From Octopus sinensis (taxonomy: Eukaryota), in NCBI RefSeq assembly GCF_006345805.1, contig NC_043002.1, positions 62,930,001 to 62,994,000 of the forward strand: a stretch of 64,000 nt of DNA. Reading direction: 5' to 3'. The translations under genes were made by a program, and so were the position numbers. Positions 11,747-24,922 of the stretch are shown piece by piece. Position 1 is the stretch's first letter; each line of letters starts with the position of its first letter. A model generated the notes under the pieces. The model saw nothing but the letters and a program-made list of their open reading frames with translations. It was not told where the DNA came from and made no database searches.

Positions 11747-12961
11747 ATGATAATCAGAGAGGTATGTAGTGTCATCTACATGCAACTAAATTTAAATATG
11801 CCTAAACGTGCGTCTGCCTTCCATTGTTTCATAATAATTTTAAAACGAGAGGCTCAACTTCATGTAGTTATAAACTTGTTTCATAACAAGGTAGGACATA
11901 ATAAAGAAATTCATCTTTATCCTGAATCTGTCTTTCATCGAGGTCCATCTTATTTTTGGGGCGGGATTTAGAGACAATTTTAGTTCACACATCAAAAGAG
12001 CAACGAACGTAACTTGGCAACAGGAGGACGAACATATAATACGGACACTGGAACATCCTACAAATGCATCTCTTTCTCTCTCCCGCTCTCGCTATCTCTC
12101 TCTCTCTTTGAATATGCGTGTGTTTATATATACATATGTATATATTTATACGGGTGTATATGTGTATATATGAGTGTGTGAGTGTATGTATGTGTGTCCT
12201 TTTATGCTTGCGTGTATGCATTTATTTGTTGAAAGTCAGTCTTGTACACATCTTCGCTATAATTAACGTAATATCAAGGAATAAAACTCTTTGTTTATTC
12301 CTACTAACTCTTTAATGTCACACGTCTGAGATACAAACTGTAGCGACGAACAAACTGTAGCGACTATCGAATGAAGGATAATTACGAAATTAAAGAGAAT
12401 TACTTGGTTTTCTTTAACAATTCTAGAAATTAATAATTAGGTAAAGTTTTCAGAACAGTTATAAAATTTAATGGGCTAGGTTATCAAATATGATGCTTTG
12501 TGATGATAATATTATAAAACAGGAATTTTCTTGCAGAGGAGTACGGTTAGCTGTTATTGAATGTTCAGCTTATCAAGACAACGATGACGGCAGTTATATT
12601 GTCGCAAGGAATAAGATCTTTAACATTATTTTAACATTAAACATATTACACTGCAACGATACTGAAAGTTTTATGTAACTAAATATTAACGTTGTAAATC
12701 TTCATTGGATTCCAATCCACCGATTCTTCCCATATTTTACTATCATACTCAACCATTTCAAAAATTTGTTTCCAAACTGGGATTGGTAGTATCTTCGGTC
12801 TAGAAAAAAAAAAAGAGTAAATTTTTCTGAAGTGTAATTTGTAATTATTATATTTTTCATTTATTATTGTAAAATCAGGAGTCAAATAAAATTTTCAAAC
12901 TTCTTATTTTGAGGAAAACGTTATTTTTCTTATCACCATGTTGGATTTGTAGTGTATATAT

Positions 12962-13500
12962 CTATTTCTTTACTGCCTACAAGGGGCTACAAACAAGGAC
13001 AGACAAACGGATTAAGTCGATTATATCGACCCCAGTGCGTAACTGGTACTTATTTAATCGACCCCGAAAGGATGAAAGGCAAAGTCAAACTCGGCAGAAT
13101 TTGAACTCAGAACGCAGCGGCTGACGAAATATCACAAATCATTTCACCCGGCGTGCTAGCGATTCTGCCAGCTCGCCGCCTTGTAGTGTGTATATCGCGT
13201 AGATATTTCTTTCTATATTCTTCAAGCCGCAAGACACATAAAGCTAGTTGTGGCATATTAGTGACTAAGACACTGCATTTTTCTAAACGGGACGTCGGTT
13301 TGTTAAAGGGGTCAAGCAATGGTGAGAGAAGGAGATAAATCGATTACATCGACACTAGTGCTTCACTGGTTTTTTTTAATATTTTATCGACTATAAAAGG
13401 ATGAAAGGCAAAGTTGATCCAGGCCCGGATTTGAAATCAGAACATAAAGCACCGGCAGAAATGACGCCAAGAATTTTGGCAGACGTGCTGGCGATTATAC
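12962..13500 (-). mobile_element. Two SINE family A copies (12962-13161; about 13310-13500 degenerate)
   Basis: Reverse complement of the family A head, core and tail (ggacagacaaacggattaagtcgatt..gaaaggatgaaaggcaaagtc..ctgccagctcgcc). Confidence 0.85.
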
Positions 13501-13977
13501 CACCTGATCGTTTATATTAATTAATATGTTATTAATAATGTAGATTAAATCAAGAGACACTGTTTTGTTCGACAATCTGTTACTCATTAGTTCATAAATA
13601 AATAAGATAACATAGTAATGTACGAATTTTAATTTAGGAGAGTATTGTAATTTGCTTGAAGCATTTTGTATTGTTTGTAAAGAATAAAAAGCGTTGAATG
13701 GTACAACAATGCACTATAATATAGACAATGGGCTATTTGCCTGTTGTAAATTAATCATCCATAGTCTGATATGATACTTCGGAAAAATATTTCTTCTTCA
13801 GATATTCTCAGATGGAGTCGCTGCTACAATCGGTTTTCTAACGGCTTTTCCTTTTTTATTTTTCGGAGGTGTCTCAGCAGTGGTCTCACGATGCTCCTTC
13901 TGGAATTCCTCATGAGAAGTGTGTGAGGTCGGCCATGTCCCATCCTCGTGTGTGTTGGTACATCCTTAGCGCTGCTT

Positions 13978-15558
13978 CTAAGTTACGTATGAAACGCGCA
14001 CTTCCCTTTTTTCTTTTCTTTCTGTTCTCGATTTTTTTTTCTTGTTATAAACTACAGATGAGCATATTATCAAAAATGAACCTATACACATCCAGATGTA
14101 TCTAAATAATGTATTAATTACCAACCTCCAGCCCGTTGTTAATTTGGGGTCCTCGTCTGTGTATGAGTATAACTTCCTTCTTAAAAAAATGAATTTTAAT
14201 TTGTTATTTGAACATCGCATTATTAAAGCAATATTTAAAGTGGCAAGTTGGCAGAAACGTTAGCACGCCGGGTGAAATGCTCACCGGTATTTCGTCTGCC
14301 GTTACGTTCTGTGTTCAAATTCCGCCGAGGTCGACTTTGCCTTTCATCATTTCAGGGTCGATAAATTAAGTACCAGTTGTGCACTGGGGTCGATGTAATC
14401 GACTTAACCCGTTTGTCTGTCCTTGTTTGTCCCCTCTGTGTTTTGTCCCTTGTGGGTAGTAAAGAAATAGGTATTTTGTCTGCCTTTACGTTCTGGGTTC
14501 AAATTCTTCTGAGGTCGACTTTAACTTTTGGAGCCGATAAATTAAGTACCAGTTGCGTACTTGAGACGATCTAATCGACTGGTCACCTCCCCCAAATTTC
14601 TGGGCCTTGTGCCTAGAGTAGAAAAGAATATTTTAAGCAATATTTTGAATTTCGATTTTTATGATAGAAATTGAGAATTGATTTCCTGAAGGAAAATATC
14701 AAGAGTGGAGACAAGTTGAATTCCAATGTTATCAAGAAGTAAATACAATGAAAATGACTGGTTTAAGAATAAGATTTGTTTCAAAAATAGTTGAAACATA
14801 TTTCGTTGTATCTCGGGACGGTCGTTATGCCAATGTTACCAACAGACACTGGTTCTATTTCCCTTCTTTATTTTTCTTTTCCGGTTGGTTATACACTTAA
14901 CTAATTAACTAGTCGATTATTTGACTAATCCTTATGGTACTCAGTTTGGTTTCTGAAAGAACTTGCATCGTCATCCTTGACCACATTAATAGCATGCTTT
15001 CTACTCCAGGCTTGTGGCAAGTCTGTCCGCCGATCTCCTTGTATACAGGTTCTTTAATTATATTTCTGTGATTGAGAATATATGTGAGAAGCGGAAGGTC
15101 TATATCTCACGTATTCAACAGTGCGTGTGTTTAATATTAGTCTAATGAACCGCCAGAGATACAACAAAATTTATAAATTTGCAATGTTTAAAAATCCATT
15201 CCGAATATTGTGTATTAAAGTTCCCCTTTCGCTACATTCACCAAATTCTAAAAGTCAGATCGAATATAATTGTATATTTATTGAATATTCTAAAAATTTT
15301 CTCGTATTGTAATAAATATTTGAAATATTCTAGACATGAAGCTGCAGTAATATATTATTCCCAAATTTGTTGAGTTTCATAATTTATTTCAATTTATTTT
15401 ATTATGAGCATTGAATTAATTAAGAAACATTGCCGTTTGTTTGGTGTTCTGCGAAATTAATAATTTCTCGCTTCACCTTGTAAGGAGAACTCGCCTCCCT
15501 CTGTATTAATAACCATCCAGATGGCACCACGCTTGTTTAAGTAACTGATTATGGCTTC
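13978..15558 (-). CDS. Candidate two-exon 3-prime end of a membrane protein (exons 15477-15558 and 13978-14156)
   Basis: gaattttcag|82 nt|gtgaag joins in phase 1 to catacacag|179 nt ending TAG. Protein: EAIISYLNKRGAIWMVINTEGGEFSLQDEDPKLTTGWRLVINTLFRYIWMCIGSFLIICSSVVYNKKKKSRTERKEKREVRVSYVT*, a hydrophobic helix followed by a polybasic stretch. Family not recognised. Confidence 0.3.
14241..14629 (+). mobile_element. SINE family A dimer
   Basis: Unit 1 (head, core, tail ..gtagtaaagaaatagg) is fused at 14470/14471 to a headless unit 2 (tatttt/cgtctg.., core, tail ..cctagagtagaaaagaat). Confidence 0.9.
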
Positions 15559-16871
15559 CTGAAAATTCATATTTCATCTTCTAACGTTAAATGTGAAGCA
15601 TGTTCGACTACGTGAACGATATAAAAGATAACAGCTAGGAAAAATATCTAAACCTAAACCATAGCGATGAAGGCTTTCGAAACCGTTTGTAGTTAATGTT
15701 GCAAAGACTGATAGCTTTAGAAATAAATTCACGTGGTCGAAGACCTTTGAAAACGTACGGTAGAAATTTACATAAACACAAGGACCGTTTTCTTAAACCT
15801 TCAAGTTTCTATGAAAAGAAAAATTGAAATACTCAATGAACTTCGTCAGGATTCTAATTAGATTTCTCTTTAATTTTAGTATAAGGATTCTCTTCGTTAT
15901 ACGTCAAAGCGAACAGTGGTTAAATGTGTTGGAGATTTCGAAAAAAAAAATGAAATAGTAGTATGTATGATAACCACTAAATTTTGTATGTGTATGTGAG
16001 TGCGCGCGTATGTATGTGTGTGAGTAAGTGTATATGTGTGTGAGTGTGTGTGCATGTATACTTGAACTCCTTGTATCCTTTCCATATTTCTCGATTTCAA
16101 ATACAAGTTTCTAATCTCACTTCCCGTTGTGAGGAGATAGTTACCTCTCTTTCAATTAATGGTTATCTGAAGGGCGATATGCATGTTTGAATAATACTAG
16201 ATGTATCTTCAGCAAATTCTTCGTTAAATTCTGACGTTGGTCAAGCATCTGTGTTTAAAAAGGCTCGTATGTTCACTGTATTTTGTGCGGCTCCGAGAAA
16301 AATATTAGATATAACAGTTAAAATATATATCTACACTTCCAATATTGCTACGTAATTACATATTCAAATTTGTTATAACCTTATGTAAGGGAAAATGAAA
16401 TAGAAATAAATGTAGTTTAAAATAGTGCATTATACTTAGAGTACGCCAGTGTATTTTTGTATTACTGTAAATAAAGGTGTAGTATTCTGTATAAAAAATG
16501 CAAAAAACAATCGTAATTAATTGAAATTATTCTCATTGTTACTGAAATGAAACTAAAATTTAGTCGCCCGCCAGTATTAGCCACTTAAACTAAATGGAAG
16601 AACAATTCAAGAAATTTAGAATTTCTCGAAAGTTAAATACCAATCTTCGACTAAAGATAACTAAGATATTTTTGATTGCGACTGGACAAATTTAGACACG
16701 TTCCGGTCTAATACAGTTTAGCTCGAGACATGATTCAGTCCAATAGATTTCTCATTCTACTCCATAAATTCCTCCTTTCTTGGTAGCTGTGAAATGATGA
16801 TAATCGGGAAAGGAAGAATTCCATAATGATTTTGCACTTTAACACTGCGTATTTCATACTTTTCTCTCTAT

Positions 16872-16915
<44 letters not shown>

Positions 16916-16938
16916 TTCTCTATCTGTCTGTATGTCTG

Positions 16939-16991
<53 letters not shown>

Positions 16992-17100
16992 TTATCTATA
17001 CATATATACTTATATATAGAATTGTATCGCTCTCTCTCCCCTCTTTCTTCCACTATCTCCCCCTTTCCCTCTACATACATACATACATACATACATACAT

Positions 17101-17141
<41 letters not shown>

Positions 17142-17148
17142 AGTGGAT

Positions 17149-17164
17149 GTGCATCCGTCATCTA

Positions 17165-17215
<51 letters not shown>

Positions 17216-17656
17216 GTGTGTGTGTGTGTGTGTATGTGTATATATATGTGTGTGTATATATATTTATATATATATATATATAAATGAAGAGTGCCTGTAA
17301 CGTAAGTAGCTTGCATCCCAACCACATGGTTTTAGGTTCAGTCCCAGTGCGCGGAACCTCGGGTAACAGTCTTCTCCCATAGTCTCGGGCCGACCAAATC
17401 CTTGTGAGTGGATTTGGTAGATGGAACCTGAAAGAATCCCGTCGTATATATGTATATATATATATATATTTATATAAATATGCACACATATATTTGACGG
17501 GCTTCTTTCAGTTTTCGCCTATCAAATCTACTCACAAGGCCTGGGTCGGCCCGAGGCTATAGTGGAAAACTCTTGCCCAAGATGCCACGCAGTGGGAATG
17601 AACCTGGAACTATGTGGTTGGTAAGCAAGCTACTTACGTTACAGGCACTCTTCATT

Positions 17657-17696
<40 letters not shown>

Positions 17697-17713
17697 TACA
17701 CACACACACACAC

Positions 17714-17787
<74 letters not shown>

Positions 17788-17881
17788 TACACACACACAC
17801 ACACACACACCACACACACATATATATATATAATATATATATATATATAATATATATATATATCATAGATGACGGATGCAC
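17149..17881. repeat. Inverted repeat made of two SINE B 5-prime halves (17285-17443 +, 17496-17655 -) with matching outer flanks
   Basis: gtgcatccgtcatctatga at 17149 pairs with tcatagatgacggatgcac ending 17881; taaatgaagagtgcctgtaacgtaagtagcttgc is identical in both arms. Confidence 0.85.
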
Positions 17882-18504
17882 TCACACACATGCAAATGAA
17901 CAAACTTTGATTTCCTGCACCCAAAGAACATTATCCAATGAAGAAGTCTTTGTTCAATTGATTGAGATATTTAACCACTGCTAGAGCTCGTCAGACGAAA
18001 TTTTTCTGCATCTCTATATTTCTGTGTGTATTTACGAAGAGGCAAACATAGCTACTTAAATATAAATATAATCACCACATATATACGTGTCTCAATACAT
18101 AGAGGTGCCTATGTACGAATCTATATACGAGTATGTATATGTATGCGTCGATGCATGTATGTACGAATGAATCCACATAAGCAGATATTGCTCTAAGTAT
18201 GCTGTCGTCCTGGAAATTATTTCAGTTTTTTTTTTCCTTAATAGATTAAAAGCCTGCCACTCAATTCAAATCTCATTCATTCTTTACAAAGACAAGTATT
18301 TGTTAAATTGATAAGGATTTCTGTGTTTCAGTCAAGATGGTACCAGGCATCTGTGCCGACGTGTTTGCATATAGACAGGTGTATGAGTATGATGATGCAA
18401 GAATATGCATGGCTGCTTGTAAGTATGTATGTTGCATATAATTCTATTCAATGCTTTTGTAGAAAGCACTTTTCAGAACAACCACAGTAGAAAGAGCAAC
18501 AAAA

Positions 18505-18675
18505 AAAAAACAACAACAACAGCGATGATGATGATGATAATAATAATAACAACAATAACAACAATAAAAACAGGAGCAATAATAATAATATTAGAGACAA
18601 CAATTATAATAACGACGACGACGACAATAATGATGATGCTAAAGATGATGGTGACGACGATGTTGAAGATGATGT

Positions 18676-18719
<44 letters not shown>

Positions 18720-19258
18720 GCGATTTTGAGGATGATGTTGATCGTGATCGTGATGATGATGATGATGTCAACGACGGTGACTATGTTTAGGATGATGACG
18801 ACGACGATGTTGAAGATGATGGTGATGACGATGATGACGTTGATGATGATGATGATGTAGATGAAGGTAAAGATGATGAAATGATGTTGATGATGATGAT
18901 GGTGATGATGAAGATTATGAAGACGACGACGACGACGACGACAATGATGATGATGATGATGCTGACGATGATTATGATGATGATGATGATGATGGTGGTG
19001 GTGAAGATGGTGAGGATGATGATGATGAAATGAAGATGAAGATTATGATGAAATGAAGACGATGATGATTATGGTAATGATGATGATGATGAAGATGATG
19101 AGGATAATGATGATGATGTTGATGATGATGATGATGATGAGGATGTTAATGAGGATGAGGATGTTGATGAAGGTAAAGTTGATGAGGATGATGATGATGA
19201 TGAAATGAAGTTGATGATGCTGATGATGGTGATGAAGACTATGAAGACGATGATGATA

Positions 19259-19308
<50 letters not shown>

Positions 19309-19455
19309 GGTGAATGTGGTGAGGATGATGATGATGAAATGAAGATGAAGATGATGATGAAGATGATGATGAAGTCGATGCTGCTGCTGCTGCTGCTGAT
19401 GATGATGATGAGGAGGAGGAGGAAGATAATGGTGATGATGATGATGACGATAGTG
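18505..19455. repeat. Complex (GAT/GAC/AAT)n trinucleotide array with higher-order internal duplication
   Basis: Recurrent blocks gatgaaggtaaag.tgatga and ggtgaggatgatgatgatgaaatgaagatgaag. Confidence 0.9.
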
Positions 19456-19469
19456 AAGCAAACAAAATA

Positions 19470-20370
19470 AATGCCGGAGGGAGAAGGGTTGACCAGATAT
19501 TTATTGAAGCACCAGGAGAAACAGATAGAAATGTTCTGCTAAATTTGCTTCTCTCCTATGTTGACAAAATACGATAGAATTGTGCGTGCAACAGCTTCAT
19601 CGCTGTTGCCGCTACACTATTGAATCTCAGACGGTTTGTCCATTCTCATATTTCTCATTCCGGTGACGTAAACCTGTCATGTAGTTTTACTTGATGCAAC
19701 TGTTTGCCTGCTGTATGATACCAATCTATTGATAAGGGATGAAAACTGAATCTGTTACCGACACCTCGAAACGTAGAATAATGAGAATCTTCATGTGGAT
19801 GGAAATTCTTAAACACCAGCACATTTGACAAATTCTTTCAGTAATTAATTTTCAGTAATTAATACAAGCGTATAATGATCTTCTCTTTATGTCAATGCAA
19901 AATTTCGTGTATCTAGATACATTTAAGATTTACCAACTGTTTAAGCTACAAAAATATTGCTTCATTTAATCAGTTAATTTACCAGGAAAACAGGATTCTG
20001 TAACTAGGGGCGGGAAGGATTCGAAATATTAGTGATACTGTCACCGCTTTCTTAGTTGCCATTATGAATCTGTCCTTCTCAATAGCGATTTCCAAGGAAG
20101 TTCACTTTGTTGAGGCTGATCTGGTAACTCACAGCGAAAAATAACAATGAACTTTTCCAACAATTATTTTAGCTACAAATTTACGACAACACTTATCCAA
20201 TAAACAGTGAAATTATTAATAAAGTTGCTGATAATGTAATTACACTACGATGCATAGACTTGATAGCAGAAGAAAACAAATTGACTTTTTAATAAAGAGA
20301 ATTTTTTAATTCATTAAAGTGATTTACAACTTCACGACATCAAAAACCAGATAAGTGCTCAAGAGACGAT
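19470..20370 (+). mobile_element. Decayed Helitron-type PIF1 helicase fragment
   Basis: With frameshifts and stops: FIEAPGETDRNVLLNLLLSYV (Walker A region, cf. FIDGPGGTGKTFL), ATASS-VAATLL (cf. AVASSGIAATLL), and TLRCIDLIAEEN..EFFNSL (cf. TY.SID...EFLNSL). Motif comparison is from memory. Confidence 0.7.
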
Positions 20371-20494
20371 TTTATAAACTTAGACCACAAAAATGATCAC
20401 AGTAGTGGTCCTACGATACAAAGTCCTCGATTCAGCTAGCAATTTAATGACCGTTAGCAAACTTAACAGGAATGACACTGGTATTTGGCTAATA

Positions 20495-20708
20495 ATTCTT
20501 TCTACTATAGGCACAAGGCATGAAATTTTGGGGTAAAGGGCCAGTCGATTACATCGACTCCAGTTCGCAACTGGTACTTAATTTATCAACTCCGAAAGGA
20601 TGAAAAGCAAAGTCAACCTCGGCGGAATTATAACTCAGAGTGTGAAGACGGACGAAAATCCGTAAAGCATTTTTCCCCGGCGTGTTAGCGATTCTGCCAG
20701 CTGTCGCC
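20495..20708 (-). mobile_element. SINE family A
   Basis: Reverse complement of core and head. Confidence 0.8.
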
Positions 20709-20940
20709 ATGGCAGGTTGATAATGATGCTATGAAGATTGTCCTTTTTTATAGGAACTGGTTTTGCTATGTTGGTAAATAAGAGTCATGCACAAAATTCA
20801 AAGCCTCCAACTGCAGTGTTCCCATATGTTGCTAAATGTAGAGTGATTGATTCAACAACCCTAAGAACATAACGGACATAAGAGAATTCAACCACTTAGC
20901 CTGAAAAAAGAATCCAAAAAGACAACATAACACAATACAT

Positions 20941-21098
20941 GCAGCAGTGGCTCTGTGGTAAGAAGCATGCTTCCTAACAGCGTGGCTCTGGGTTAAGTCC
21001 CACTTACGTGGCACCTTGGGATAGTGTCTTCTAGTATAACCAAAGTCTTGTGAATGAATTTGATAGGACGGAAACTGAAAGACTGAAAGAAGCCCGTC

Positions 21099-21159
<61 letters not shown>

Positions 21160-21332
21160 GGAGTAAGCACATAAATGTGAAACAAAGTGAGAAAAAGAAT
21201 ATTTAAATGCCAGGGGTAGAGTAATATACTTTATTTAAAAGCAGCAGAAATAAAACAAAACTGTCCAACGAACGGGAGCGTGAAACTCTGAGGAATAGTT
21301 TTTGTTATATTTCTGATGCTTTTAAATAAAGT

Positions 21333-21428
<96 letters not shown>

Positions 21429-21665
21429 TGTATGTATGTATGTATGCATGCATATATGTATCGATACGTGTGTGTCTTTGTGTTCATGTTTGTACCCCCA
21501 GCACCGCTTGACAACCGATGTTGTGTTTACGGCAAAGTAACTTGGCGGTTCTGGCACTAGGCTTAAGAAAATGTGTCCTGTGGTCGATTTGTTCAACTGA
21601 AAACACTTCAAAGCATTGATCCAGCATAGACACAGTCAAAGGAATGAAACAAGAAAAAGAACACA
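20941..21665 (+). mobile_element. SINE family B, interrupted in its central (TA)n by a hammerhead-like element
   Basis: Head 20941-21100, tail half 21470-21665. Confidence 0.8.
21158..21333 (+). ncRNA. Degenerate hammerhead-like motif closed by a ~38-bp imperfect inverted repeat
   Basis: Stem 21227-21264 / 21295-21333 encloses CCAACGA-ACG-GGAG-CGU-GAAA-CUC-U-GAG-GA. Hammerhead topology, but the core (cf. CUGANGA) and cleavage triplet deviate. Confidence 0.4.
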
Positions 21666-23109
21666 AGAATTATAGAATGGTGAATATAGAACATTGACGG
21701 AACTTCGTTCGCGGAGAAGTTTTTGACGTAAATATTTGACTGTATAAACTGAGTTTGCAAAATATATTATATAATATTTTTAAAATGAAGGCCCTTCTTT
21801 TTTTGGTTAAACAGTAATAAATCAGTTCACTGTTAAATCTTTACTGAGAGTAACAACATAACATTTGATAATTTACCCAATTAAAAAGCATCTAATATAG
21901 GGCCTGTTATCCTGAAAGTGAAAGTAAAAGTAGAGCTTATAAATTTCTACTTCTTTCAAGGACTCTTTGTATTTAAATTGGATGTATTTTATATTACAGG
22001 TAACATTTACTATCGACACCTAATCTACTTTTAAACTCTTGCCTTTTTTCGTCAGCAAAGCCATGGGCGTCGAACTAATTAATATAATTCTAAACGATAA
22101 CATCAGTCGAGGAGCTGATCTACCTCAGCGGTGAATTATTTCTTGTCATTGTCACAGACTACAAAATCAAATTTGCTGTTTGCAGCTACAATAAAAACAG
22201 CTGCCCACTTGCTTTAGCTTAAGAAATATGTAATTTTCGACATGTGTGTAAATACAAATTACCATCCACTGAGCAACTGCTCTCCATAGCATTTCATATA
22301 AGATGATAATAACGACACACCTGGTGTGCTTGCATTGAATAATGCAGTTTTTATTGGAATGTTCCTCCTCTATAATTTATTTTTACAATTTTTAATGCAT
22401 TGTATCTCTGCTGTGCCTCTAGAGTGTCTGTCTAGTCAATCCTTTCTGTGAATATCTTTAGATATTGTTTCTATGACAATGTTATGTCACAGAAGACCAT
22501 ATTAATCTGTGAATATTTAAGGGAAACTAATGATGTGAGCAATATTATACAGATATTACACTGGTATGACATTTTCTATGATACTTTATGATTTATATTT
22601 TGAAATTCTCTAAGTTCTTCGTTTGTAGCCATTTACATTATTTCTACAAACACGTGTCTAGGTTTTCACAAACAATACAAACTTCAATCATTGAAATTTA
22701 AACTAATTCAGTAAAGATGAAAATACTAAACTCTAGATTAGTTTTGAATGTTTTCTCTTTTCCGTTGGTATATATATACAAAATAATTTCAAATATAGCC
22801 ATTCTCTCCCTGAAAACGCGTTTTCCTTTCAAAATTATTACTTAAAAATCTTTGCAATCTTAGCAAAAGCATCACAAACTACAAGTAGATTCTTAAAATA
22901 TAATCTGGGCTGATACGAATTTATTTCAAAGTTTTCGCACGTACTTGTCTCTTTTAACTGACTGTAAATGAAATATTCATATTCACTGAGAAGATTAACA
23001 GCTCAGAATGAAATATTTTGTTCTATTACAAAATATAACAATCTTGCACAGTTGTATTTAGGCAATTTAAGACGACGACATTCCATAAATATGTATTTAT
23101 GTGCAGTAG

Positions 23110-23800
23110 GTGCAGGTGTTCGCTGATGATAGTTCGCTGGTTGTCCACAACACTGAAGATATGCAGAAACTGGTAGATAAATTTGCCAGAGCTGCATGAA
23201 AGTGTAGCTTAAAAATTTACATCAGAATAGCCTTTACTAACCTGTAGAGAACCTACAGGTTGGGCCACTGTACTGCATATACCTAGGCAGCACCATCTCA
23301 GATCATGTACCAATGAAACAAGAAATCACATACAGAACGAGCAGAGCCTGAGCATCATTTGGCAACCTGCAGAGAGGCTGTAGAAACTAAGTATGTTTCT
23401 GTACGTGTCAAATGTAAGGTATACCACGCTATAGTGCTTTCTTACTTGCTGTATGGAGCTAAAACTGGACAGCTTATAAAGTTCAGGTAGACAGGTTACA
23501 TATATGATGAGATAAATTATGAATATCACTGTCTATGACAAGGTTGGGAATGAAGAGATCCTACGGCGTGCTGGATCCGCCTCAAATGATGGAAATCCTT
23601 ATTGATAGGAATTTACGTTGGTTGGGACACGTGCACAGGATTTATAAGAGCAGACTCACCAGACCAAATCTTTACTCTCTGCAATGCAAAGGGAAAAGAA
23701 CCCAAAGAAGATGAAGATTAATATTCAAAGATACTGCAAAAAGGAATATGAAGTGGGAAGGAATTGGTCGTAATAAATGAGGGACCCCCGACTGACTACA
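23110..23800 (+). mobile_element. Decayed RTE-clade LINE, RT C-terminal half
   Basis: VQVFADDSSLVVHNTEDMQKLVDKFARAA, YLGSTIS, KCKVYHAIVLSYLLYGAKTW, NEEILRRAG, LRWLGHVHR; multiple stops and frameshifts. Confidence 0.85.
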
Positions 23801-24554
23801 AGTAAAATAATATTTACTTTTAGAACCCGTGTAAATTCCACAGAATGGAAACAATTAGGAGTGAAAAAATTTGAATTTTTATAGCAAAAATTAAGAAAAA
23901 AGGGAACATTTGCATTATCATAGCATTCCTAGTTTAGCTTTCTCTAAATATTATTAACGTTCGTCTACATTCGTTTCCACACGTCTCCATCGGTGTTGAA
24001 TTTTACCTCTTTTTATTATATCTTCTCGCTCTTCCTCTCTAAACCGTTCTCAATATCTGCGCATCCTCTCTGGGTCAGCTTGCAACTGTGTTTCTTGTGA
24101 ATCCAGATCTTAGGCTAAATTAACCCTTATAAACAAATATCAATTTTTATTTAAGCGAGCAGGCGATAAGTAATTGCATTTATGCGTATGTAATGGTCGC
24201 TATAAAAAATTATTTAAAAGAAAAATAACTTGTCCGTATCAACACACTGCCACAACCACCACTACCACCACCACCACCACCACCGCTATCTGCCTCTCTC
24301 TATTGCACTCTCTCCCTCTGTCGCTCTCTCTCTCTCAATATAACTACCTCACCTGTCCAGCTCTCTCTATCTACCTTTCCCTTCAGCTGACATTTTAACA
24401 ACGTAATATGTATTCCTTCTCCACCCCAACACACTTTTCTCCCCCACTTTTTCTTTCGTCGTCTTTTTCGCTCGTTCTTCTCTTCTACATTCAGCTGACC
24501 ACGTGAACATTTGGCCTAAGTGTATTAATGTTATTTCAAATTTTTACAAGAGTA

Positions 24555-24922
24555 GCTTGGGAGAGGTGGGGATGAGTCGATTACATCAACCCCAGTGTTC
24601 AACTGGTACTTAATTTATCGACTCCAAAAAGATGAAAGGCAAAGTCGACATTGGCGGAATTTGAACTCAGAACGTAGCGAAAGACGAAATATCTATCTCT
24701 TTACTACCCGCAAGGGGTTAAACACAGAGGGAACAAATAAGGACAGACAAACGGATTAAGTCGATTATATCGACCCCAGTGCGTAACTGGTACTTATTTA
24801 ATCGAGCCCGAAAGGATGAAAGGCAAATTCGACCCCGGCGGAATTTGAACTCGGAACGTAACGGCAGATGAAATACCGCAAAGCATTTTGCCTGGCGTGC
24901 TAACGTTTCTGCCAGCTCGCCC
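24555..24922 (-). mobile_element. SINE family A dimer
   Basis: Same junction as the 14241 copy (gacgaaata|tctatctcttt at 24691/24692). Confidence 0.9.

Noticed and set aside
12679-12885. Minus-strand frames RPKILPIPVWKQIF.. / RRYYQSQFGNKFLKW.. after a TAG acceptor
   Set aside because: Two alternative short frames, no linked exon or motif.
23153-23182. CUGAAGA-UAUGCA-GAAAC-UG-GUA hammerhead-like string
   Set aside because: Lies in the RT coding frame of the RTE remnant (TEDMQKLV); stem II is one pair; chance match.
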